A stretch of DNA of 64,000 nucleotides. Origin: a virus. The stretch covers positions 1 through 64,000 of the IMG/VR virus record IMGVR_UViG_3300025133_000045; one strand, 5' to 3'. Below are positions 9,990-17,101 of the stretch, piece after piece. The position numbers and the translations under genes were made by a program. The notes below the pieces were generated by a model. That model did no database searches, was not told the DNA's origin, and worked only from the letters and a program-made list of their open reading frames with translations. Numbering within the stretch: the stretch's first letter is position 1; every line of letters begins with the position of its first letter.

Positions 9990-10262
9990 TCACTTCTTAG
10001 AAGTTGTCTTTCGTGGCTTCGATACCTTTTTGGCTGGTGCCTTTTTGGCTGTAGCCTTTTTGGCTGTAGCCTTTTTCTTTGCGGCTTTGGGCTTCTCAAT
10101 AGCCTCCTCGGCCAACTTTAAGACAGGTGTTTCAACAACTGGATCGACCTTTGGTTGTACAGCAGGCGTCTCTTCCTCAGAGGCACCACTCAGTGCCGGA
10201 TGCTTGGCATATTTTGCCCCATACTTTTGGGGACGTGCTATCATTCTTCGCTTCTTTCCCAT
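9990..10262 (-). CDS. Small basic protein with histone H1-like AKK repeats
   Basis: KPKAAKKKATAKKATAKKAPAKKVSKPRKTTSKK tail; SD AAGGAG; late motif upstream. Confidence 0.7.
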   Translation of the reverse strand: MGKKRRMIARPQKYGAKYAKHPALSGASEEETPAVQPKVDPVVETPVLKLAEEAIEKPKAAKKKATAKKATAKKAPAKKVSKPRKTTSKK

Positions 10263-10280
10263 TTAGAAACTCCTTTACAG

Positions 10281-10288
10281 TAAATAGT
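10281..10288 (-). promoter_or_regulatory. Putative late promoter ACTATTTA
   Basis: Motif just downstream of the capsid terminator and about 19 nt before ATG. Confidence 0.7.
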
Positions 10289-10299
10289 TCTCTTAAAGC

Positions 10300-10331
10300 A
10301 AAAAGCCCCGCCTTCTGAAGAAGGCGGGGGC
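10300..10331 (-). terminator. Rho-independent terminator after major capsid gene
   Basis: GC-rich inverted repeat CCCCGCCTTCT/AGAAGGCGGGG followed by TTTTT on minus strand. Confidence 0.85.
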
Positions 10332-10364
10332 GTATTTGTCATTGCTTAAGAATGAATGCTATTA

Positions 10365-12179
10365 TCAGCCTCCAGACTCACCCAACAGACCGCGAACGAC
10401 AACCAGTCCATACATATCAGGACGGACCATCTTCTTGGCATATCGAGTCATGACTCCCTTCCGGGGCACGAAGTCTTCGACGCCAAAGATGGTCGGCGTG
10501 ACCTGTAGCGGGACGTAAGGAGCATAAACGTATCCGCTCTCAAGGAAGCTAGAACCCTTACGACCGATGAGAATAAGATTCCGCATGAAGTAAGGATCGA
10601 CGAATACGTCGAACTTCTTGGAGAGAGAACCAACGTTCACAGCCCCGATGGTACCCTTGTCTTGATCGCCCGTAACGCTTGCACGGAATCCAGCGGTAAA
10701 CTCAAGGATGTTTGCAACTTCGGGTCCGCAGACGACGAAGTTGGCCCCACCACGCAGAGTCTTGCGATGAATCTGAGCGCTTACGTCGTTGATGGTCTCA
10801 ATAAGAGTCTCATACCATTCGCTGACCGTACCGGTGAAGTCGGGGGCAGATGCCGAAGCACCAATTTCCGAACCAGTAGTACGATTTACGAACAGACCAG
10901 GGGAGCGTGACCAGTATTGCGTACCAGCCGTTGCACCCTTGACAAGATCCTCAAGAATCTCACGATCAATTTCGAGAGCGATCTGCTCACTCAAGATACT
11001 CGTAAGCTCAACTTCAGCATCCAAGTTGTGATAGGCATTCAAATCCTGTCCCAACTCAGGCGTCCACTTAGCCTTAAGCTTCTTGGTGATAGCGGTCACG
11101 CTAACGGAGTCAACCTTGATGTCGATCTCTGGGATCGCGGCGGTATCCTCAAGGCCCCAGTTCGTGGTTGCACGAACGGCACCAATAGCTTCACCGGAAC
11201 CAGCAGATGGGGTACCACCGAAGTTGTCGGAGATAGCGAATCCAATTCCATAATCCGAGCCCGTAACAAGGCTCAAAAGGCCAACGCCGCCTACTGCGCC
11301 ACCGTCGTCCAAAACCTGCGAACCAGTAGTTTCGAATACCATGGTAATCTTATAGCTGGCATTGCTTGGATCCGCACCAACAGAACCAGAAGAGATCTTG
11401 GTGAGATGACGAGTAAGACGACCAACCTTGGTTGCCGAGGGTGCTGTCAGCGACATAGCAACAAAATCACGAGTATTAAGTTGCGCAAGGCCCGAACTAC
11501 CAGTGTATTCAGCCACAACAACAGTCGATCCCGAAAGATCAGGGTCATAATTAATAAGCTTATTGAGTGCATCTCCAGCCGCTACCGTAATAGGCCAATC
11601 TGTTATGGTGGAGGAGCCTTGACGGCTCAAGCCAATAGTACCAGAGGCAACGACAACTGGGCCGCCAGCCGCTCCACCAACGGTTACAGAACCGGTTGGG
11701 GATGCAAACCCGTTATTCAAGTTATACGGACCCTTGTCGATGCTATCACCAACAAGAGAGACGCCACCGGTCAATTCCTGACCCACAACGCCTCCACCAT
11801 ACAACGATTCCCCGATATCGGCACCAAGCTTGGTATCACCAAACGTGAAATCGAGGAAAAAGATAAGACCAGATGGCAAGCTCATAGGCTGCACACTGAC
11901 CAAATCATTAGCAATTAGGCCACCAAAGACCCGGCGAACGATTGGGAACGCCACGGCAGCGAAACCCTCAACGTCGCCCTGGGCCATTGAAGACCCCGCA
12001 GCTTCGCGAAGAAGTTCCCTTGCCTGGTTTTCCAGCAAGCGCGCCATCGTTTCTTTTTTTCGGTCATTGCGGAGACCTTCCAGAAGTCCTGTTCTTTCCC
12101 ACTTGGAGAGAAGAGCAGCACCTTCTTTACGGAGATCTCGATTAACAATACCTTCTGTTAATTTTTCTAAAATAGACAT
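10365..12179 (-). CDS. Major capsid protein (T4 gp23-like), 604 aa, true start MSILEK
   Basis: LLENQ, FPIVRRVF, VSVQPM..PSGLIF, KLKAKWTPELGQDL.AYH..DAE.EL, YAPYVPL, GVMTRY; AGGAGG SD before 12179. Confidence 0.97.
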   Translation of the reverse strand: MSILEKLTEGIVNRDLRKEGAALLSKWERTGLLEGLRNDRKKETMARLLENQARELLREAAGSSMAQGDVEGFAAVAFPIVRRVFGGLIANDLVSVQPMSLPSGLIFFLDFTFGDTKLGADIGESLYGGGVVGQELTGGVSLVGDSIDKGPYNLNNGFASPTGSVTVGGAAGGPVVVASGTIGLSRQGSSTITDWPITVAAGDALNKLINYDPDLSGSTVVVAEYTGSSGLAQLNTRDFVAMSLTAPSATKVGRLTRHLTKISSGSVGADPSNASYKITMVFETTGSQVLDDGGAVGGVGLLSLVTGSDYGIGFAISDNFGGTPSAGSGEAIGAVRATTNWGLEDTAAIPEIDIKVDSVSVTAITKKLKAKWTPELGQDLNAYHNLDAEVELTSILSEQIALEIDREILEDLVKGATAGTQYWSRSPGLFVNRTTGSEIGASASAPDFTGTVSEWYETLIETINDVSAQIHRKTLRGGANFVVCGPEVANILEFTAGFRASVTGDQDKGTIGAVNVGSLSKKFDVFVDPYFMRNLILIGRKGSSFLESGYVYAPYVPLQVTPTIFGVEDFVPRKGVMTRYAKKMVRPDMYGLVVVRGLLGESGG

Positions 12180-12180
12180 T

Positions 12181-13356
12181 TTAATAGTCCTCCTTTGTGT
12201 GTTTATTAGAAATGCCTGCAAGTCTTTGCATACGCTTGACCGCAGACGTATCAGCACTGCTTGACGACTCTCTGCGAGCCATCATGGGCGAGGTTCGATT
12301 TACGGCTTCACTCAGTGATTTTGGCCCACTCTTGCGAGAAGAGCCCACTGCGTTTTGAAGTGTCTCATAAATGACCTTCGCCTCATTTACAGAACGAGAA
12401 TCCGAAATAGCTTCAGCAATTTTTGACTTCTGCCGCTCATTCAGGGAGCTACTATTCAGTACACGGTTCGTGTAAAATAATCTAGCATTGGAAAGGTTTA
12501 CTTCTTCAAGTTTGCTTTTCATGCTAGAAAGTGTTGCAACAAGCTTCTTGTTCTTGGATTTTGCTGCTTTGAGATTCTCACTCATCTGAGCATAGTCCTT
12601 CTTGATATTGCCAAGAGCTTGTTTCATAATTTTAATTTCTTCCTGAGCCTCAGTTGACGCCATCTGCGCCAGCTTTAACTCAGTATAGTGATTCGAGATG
12701 GTCTCGGGCGTTCCAGCCCAGCCACTCTTTTGAGGGCGAATATCCACAATCAACTCTTCAAGGATTGCATCGAGACTCTCTTCCGTTAACTCGATTTGTT
12801 CGCCAGCCGACATCCCCTCGTCGTCATCTTCTTCAAAAGCATTTTCAAGTCGTTTTCCGCTCGGCTCCTTAACTCGTGCCTTTCCGGGGGCGCGGTCCAC
12901 TGCTGGGCGAGATACAGATTCCAATTCAATTTCTTCATCGGACTCAAGGGCTTCCAAAATAGCTTGGGTAATATTGAAGTCCTCTTGGAGTGCAAATATA
13001 TCCTCTTCCTCTTCTTCGCCCTCGGCACCAAATTCAGCAGCCAGCATCTCATCCGATTCTGGCTCGCCCTCAGTCAATTCGTCGGCCATTTTTTGAAGCT
13101 GGTCGAAGTCTATCTCGATCTCCTCACCCTCTTCTGGGCACGGACACAACGGAGCCTCTTCAGCCGCTGCCAATGAAATATTATTTACTATAGCTGGCCC
13201 GTCCCCCAAGAATCCTTCATCCTGCTCAAGCAACGAAGCTACTGCCTCCTTGATCTCCGGGGCGTACTTATCGAGTATGGCGCTTTCTGCATTCTTAAGA
13301 GCCGCTTCTTTAAGTGCGGAGGCATCTACAATAGCCTGTTCTAACAAAGCTGACAT
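12181..13356 (-). CDS. Prohead core / scaffold protein (gp22-like)
   Basis: Acidic coiled-coil protein immediately upstream of MCP, many LxE sites, C-terminal RMQRLAGI. Confidence 0.8.
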   Translation of the reverse strand: MSALLEQAIVDASALKEAALKNAESAILDKYAPEIKEAVASLLEQDEGFLGDGPAIVNNISLAAAEEAPLCPCPEEGEEIEIDFDQLQKMADELTEGEPESDEMLAAEFGAEGEEEEEDIFALQEDFNITQAILEALESDEEIELESVSRPAVDRAPGKARVKEPSGKRLENAFEEDDDEGMSAGEQIELTEESLDAILEELIVDIRPQKSGWAGTPETISNHYTELKLAQMASTEAQEEIKIMKQALGNIKKDYAQMSENLKAAKSKNKKLVATLSSMKSKLEEVNLSNARLFYTNRVLNSSSLNERQKSKIAEAISDSRSVNEAKVIYETLQNAVGSSRKSGPKSLSEAVNRTSPMMARRESSSSADTSAVKRMQRLAGISNKHTKEDY

Positions 13357-13390
13357 TCTAATGGTTCTCCAATTGAAGATTTTTCACAAA

Positions 13391-13398
13391 TAAGTAGT
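13391..13398 (-). promoter_or_regulatory. Putative late promoter ACTACTTA
   Basis: Motif upstream of scaffold-MCP operon. Confidence 0.7.
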
Positions 13399-13449
13399 AT
13401 GTAAAAATCATAAATTACCCTATTAAGATGCCGTTTTTGAAAAACACCG

Positions 13450-13680
13450 TCACTTATTCTCATTTTGCTCTAACTTCTTCAAAGTTCTTTCTCTTTTCAG
13501 TCGTTTTTTGCGTCTTTTTACGGAAGGTTTTTCAAAAAACCTCCCTTCTCGGGCCTGTTCGACGATCCGCTGTTTCTTAACTTTCCGAAGAAACCTTCTT
13601 ATTAGTCGGTCTGGAGACTCGTTTTTTCGTGTAACGACCGAAACACGAGCGGGTCGCTTGCCCGTAGCTCTTCTAAACAT
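13450..13680 (-). CDS. rpsU: Phage-encoded ribosomal protein bS21
   Basis: V...NES.DRLIRRF.RKVKK..I......RFFEKPSVKRRKK is the bS21 signature; SD GAGGTG before ATG 13680. Confidence 0.88.
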   Translation of the reverse strand: MFRRATGKRPARVSVVTRKNESPDRLIRRFLRKVKKQRIVEQAREGRFFEKPSVKRRKKRLKRERTLKKLEQNENK

Positions 13681-13714
13681 TAGCACCTCTTGTTAAACAA
13701 AGACAGCTTATACA

Positions 13715-14161
13715 TTAATCCACCGGACCAACACCAGCGGTATGTTCCCAACTGTTGACAAAAAGGCTGGCTGTGATGTTCGTGAGGCCAGCAATTACAG
13801 TAGCTTTACCAATTCGACCCGGATAAGCTGTCGTATCATTATCACCCATCAAATATAGTCTTGTAACTCGGAAGTCAGCAGAAAAAGAACTTGACGCTGG
13901 GAGCACAACATAATTATATGTTTCACCAAGTCCACCGGATGCAAAAGCAAAGCGCATAGCACACGGCTCTGCAACAGCGGGATTCCCATCGTTCTTAATC
14001 ACGACAAACTTTGTAACTTGTGGAAACTTAACCTCGAAAGCCAGAGCCATATTGGTGCCAGATGCAGGATAATCGCACCCACCCGTAAGAAAGGGTCTAG
14101 CGCTCGCCTGATAGGAGCCAACATTGTTAAAGCCAACCGAATAACGTTCAAATACTGCCAT
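13715..14161 (-). CDS. Hypothetical virion protein (possible head decoration)
   Basis: Beta-rich, N-terminal VGSYQ.S motif, own late motif and SD, head gene cluster. Confidence 0.55.
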   Translation of the reverse strand: MAVFERYSVGFNNVGSYQASARPFLTGGCDYPASGTNMALAFEVKFPQVTKFVVIKNDGNPAVAEPCAMRFAFASGGLGETYNYVVLPASSSFSADFRVTRLYLMGDNDTTAYPGRIGKATVIAGLTNITASLFVNSWEHTAGVGPVD

Positions 14162-14180
14162 TTTCTTCCTCTTCTCCTAT

Positions 14181-14188
14181 TAAATAGT
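14181..14188 (-). promoter_or_regulatory. Putative late promoter ACTATTTA
   Basis: Motif about 20 nt upstream of ATG 14161. Confidence 0.7.
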
Positions 14189-14190
14189 CT

Positions 14191-14619
14191 CTAACTTAGT
14201 AAAGCTTTCCATTTATTTCCCCCAAGAGCCATGATACCTGAAATATCTACACCAGCATCACCGGGATCCATATCCCCAAGGGGACTGGAAGCGGCTGCCT
14301 CTGGCGACCTCTGCGGAGATGTTGGCTTGATGCCTTCAAAAACATTAACTCCACCATATGAGTCCTTTCCGATGGCACTCATCAACTTTTTTCTTTGCTC
14401 TTTGAGAATTTCCCTGTTGTTGCGAACAGGATCTGTTAAAATAGATGATTGAACTGGTTTAGGCTTAGGCGGCTTTACGTTTTCATGAATTACGTTGCCG
14501 TTTAAGCCCTTCACCACTTCCGAAACAACACCAGATAGCAAGCCTTCTTCATAAAGGCATTCTTTGATGCATTCCTTAACCATTGGCTTCAAAAGCCTTT
14601 TTAAATCTGACTTTTTCAT
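14191..14619 (-). CDS. Hypothetical head-associated protein
   Basis: N-terminal MKKSDLKRLLKPMVKECIKECLYEE helix; directly downstream of prohead protease. Confidence 0.65.
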   Translation of the reverse strand: MKKSDLKRLLKPMVKECIKECLYEEGLLSGVVSEVVKGLNGNVIHENVKPPKPKPVQSSILTDPVRNNREILKEQRKKLMSAIGKDSYGGVNVFEGIKPTSPQRSPEAAASSPLGDMDPGDAGVDISGIMALGGNKWKALLS

Positions 14620-14666
14620 TTCAGCCCCTTTCTTTTAGCTTCTTCAATGATCTCGGCCCCGATTCA

Positions 14667-15281
14667 TTATTCGAAGTCTCCGACAATGCTATTCAAAATT
14701 CTATTGATCTTGTCGGCCTTTGTGAAAATATTGGGCTCTCTCTTTGATTCTTGCAAAGCCATAAAAGCCCCATTTGTAGAGGGCTCTGAAACGAAATCAA
14801 AACAGATCAATTGAAAATCGTCCTCGACAATTGTCCGTCCCTTTGACTCAGCTACAGACCCAAGACCACGAGAAGAAATGCCCAACTTAACGCCACCATT
14901 GACAAGTTCTTGAAGAATTTTGCCAGACGGAGTGTTTAAGACTTTAACCTTACCCATGACTGACGGGCCGTCCCACCACACCTTTGTCATCTTATGGCAA
15001 GCGTTAGCAAGATTTACCACTTCGCCATCTGGATGGTCTAGTTCGCCGATGGCGCGGCCCTCTTGTACAAGTTTCTGATAGTTTTTAATTTCCCTCTCAA
15101 GAATAGCTTGTGGATATACTCGACCATTACCATTTTTAGCATCGCACTCTTGCAGTTTGCCAGACAAGATCATGCCGCCATTTGCAACATACTTCTTCTC
15201 GTCTTCAGTGAGAAGGTCTTGGCAAACGCCGCCCTCACACAAAGCATAATATTCTCTCAACAATACTTTAGACATTTTCAT
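14667..15281 (-). CDS. Prohead protease (T4 gp21-like)
   Basis: KNGNGRVYP, AIGELDHP, GISSRGLGS, FDFVSEPST motifs. Confidence 0.95.
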   Translation of the reverse strand: MKMSKVLLREYYALCEGGVCQDLLTEDEKKYVANGGMILSGKLQECDAKNGNGRVYPQAILEREIKNYQKLVQEGRAIGELDHPDGEVVNLANACHKMTKVWWDGPSVMGKVKVLNTPSGKILQELVNGGVKLGISSRGLGSVAESKGRTIVEDDFQLICFDFVSEPSTNGAFMALQESKREPNIFTKADKINRILNSIVGDFE

Positions 15282-15385
15282 CCTTCCTTAAGAGCGGGCG
15301 CAACCCGCCCGAATCTTGCTCCCTTGCAACAACGAGCAACCGGACGAAGATACCAACTCTTTGCAGCAATTCTAGTGTGTGTCAT
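15278..15385 (-). CDS. 35-aa basic Cys-Cys micro-protein (not in ORF track)
   Basis: MTHTRIAAKSWYLRPVARCCKGARFGRVAPALKEG*; ATGA overlaps with both neighbours and exactly fills the gap. Confidence 0.6.
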   Translation of the reverse strand: MTHTRIAAKSWYLRPVARCCKGARFGRVAPALKEG

Positions 15386-15702
15386 TTTTCCATCTCCAGT
15401 TTTTGAATTTTAATCCCACAGTCACCAACAATCACGCTTAACACGTATGAGGTGCCCGAACTTAAGCATCCCAAAATAAAATAATTTACAGCAGTATGCT
15501 CAAAAGTAAATAGTTCTGTGAAACCGTTTATCCCGCATAAAAAGACACCAACCCAAAACCCCATACACATGGGACAATGAAATAAATCACCAAATCCTCT
15601 CAACCACTCTTTGGATGGCCGGATCTTGTTGAAAATCGATGCATACACCAGAAGCTGTGTCATTCCGAATGCCACCAATATGAAATAAAGCAGTTCCATC
15701 AA
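15382..15702 (-). CDS. Small membrane protein with CxxC (DUF1360-like)
   Basis: Three hydrophobic segments and LFHCPMCMGFWVG motif. Confidence 0.65.
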   Translation of the reverse strand: MMELLYFILVAFGMTQLLVYASIFNKIRPSKEWLRGFGDLFHCPMCMGFWVGVFLCGINGFTELFTFEHTAVNYFILGCLSSGTSYVLSVIVGDCGIKIQKLEMEK

Positions 15703-16265
15703 AGAATGTAGCTCAAGAAATAAGGACTAACTCGACCATATCCAGGCCGGATACCACCCTTCTGGGCAGCTTGTGGGACTTCGCCAAGTTCTGTCGAATC
15801 AGCAGCATCGGGATCCAACATCTCATCTTCTTCCATCTGCTTATACTTCTCAATGTACTCGAAATAGGGTCTTTCTTCCTCGATAAACTTAGAAATGTTC
15901 ATGACCACCAAGGGCAAAAAGTTTTCTTGATCCTCGACTCCAATAAATACCCCTTCCATTGACCCATATACGTTGCCTGCACGGATTGTTTCGGGGTTTA
16001 TGATGCCTTTCCTTCTCATGAATCGAAAGAATCGGTCCTGTATATCATATACGATGTCGTTTATAACTTCCTTGGGGAACACAACGATCTTTTTATCCCT
16101 CATCGACAAAACTATATCAACATCAGGGTGATCATAAATCATGATGTTGTTGTCCATGCTTCGACGCATGTTCATTTTAAAAGTAATCGGAACTGAAGGC
16201 GCTTCCTGAACTTCAGGCGCTTCCTCTTCCTCTGCTGCTGCGCCGATTTTGACTGTGATGGCCAT
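15699..16265 (-). CDS. Hypothetical protein (head cluster)
   Basis: 188-aa ORF overlapping neighbours at stop/start. Confidence 0.7.
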   Translation of the reverse strand: MAITVKIGAAAEEEEAPEVQEAPSVPITFKMNMRRSMDNNIMIYDHPDVDIVLSMRDKKIVVFPKEVINDIVYDIQDRFFRFMRRKGIINPETIRAGNVYGSMEGVFIGVEDQENFLPLVVMNISKFIEEERPYFEYIEKYKQMEEDEMLDPDAADSTELGEVPQAAQKGGIRPGYGRVSPYFLSYIL

Positions 16266-17101
16266 TAGCTATCAAGCTCCTGCACCAGGTGTTGAATTTT
16301 GAGAACACTCTTTATCATGCTCTCGTTGATCTCTTCTTTGCCATAGCTTTCAAGCTTCTCCAAAACCATATCAGCGTTCTTCAGCATGGAATCATCGGCA
16401 TCAAACATCTTCTGTGCTTCCTTGGCTTCGGTTATTTTATTTTTAAGTCTTCCGATCTCTTCGTTCAAGAACATCTTTAACTCCAAGCCATTATCAGCAA
16501 ACGATGAAATATATTTGCTCAAGAGGCTCTTTTGGCTCTCCGTCAATGTTTCACTGTACTTGGAGTTAAACTTCTCAACAAAGGTTTTGTAAACGAGATT
16601 GTCCACAGGAACCATTTTATTTTCTTTCTTCTCTTCGGACTTTGTTAAAGCTTCTGCGACCTTGGATTCCAATAGGACACGATCCTTAACCGAGATACCC
16701 ATATTAAAAAGCTGAGAGATGGAGGCGATATTCTTATAGTTCGGGACAAAATTCATAAACACGCTCTTCGTGTATTCCTTATTCATATCGCCTATCAACT
16801 CTGACTGCTCTTCAAAAACATCAGAATCCATAATGCATCGACGAGATGCACGAACCTCAAATATCAATTTCTCAGCCACATACCTATCCAAGCCACGAGT
16901 TTCAAGAAGAGCCCTATAAAGCTGCAACTCCTTATAGAGGCTGCTTTCTTTTTGAAAGTGTTTTGACAGTAGACGCAAAGTCTTCTCTTTCTTGCTTTCA
17001 TTCTTGTAAACGATTGATTTCGTCAACTCGCCCACCAAGACCTCAAATAAAAAAGCTGTATTTCTTTTCTTATTGTGTTTCATTTTCGTTTTCACTTTCA
17101 T
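16265..17101 (-). CDS. Hypothetical helical protein downstream of portal
   Basis: MKHNKKRNT..LFE.L start motif, 278 aa, synteny with portal. Confidence 0.7.
   Translation of the reverse strand: MKVKTKMKHNKKRNTAFLFEVLVGELTKSIVYKNESKKEKTLRLLSKHFQKESSLYKELQLYRALLETRGLDRYVAEKLIFEVRASRRCIMDSDVFEEQSELIGDMNKEYTKSVFMNFVPNYKNIASISQLFNMGISVKDRVLLESKVAEALTKSEEKKENKMVPVDNLVYKTFVEKFNSKYSETLTESQKSLLSKYISSFADNGLELKMFLNEEIGRLKNKITEAKEAQKMFDADDSMLKNADMVLEKLESYGKEEINESMIKSVLKIQHLVQELDS

Noticed and set aside
10917-11918. 333-aa plus-strand ORF
   Set aside because: Antisense shadow of the major capsid gene; no recognisable motifs or expression signals
12180-12257. Track start of MCP at 12257 (also 63140, 63276, 22585 starts)
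   Set aside because: These overlap upstream genes; downstream ATGs at 12179, 63219 and 22558 have proper SD sites, and 62990 matches the family N-terminus
15292-15310. Hairpin as SECIS or terminator
   Set aside because: No in-frame UGA upstream in this genome and no U-tract; kept only as part of the micro-ORF finding
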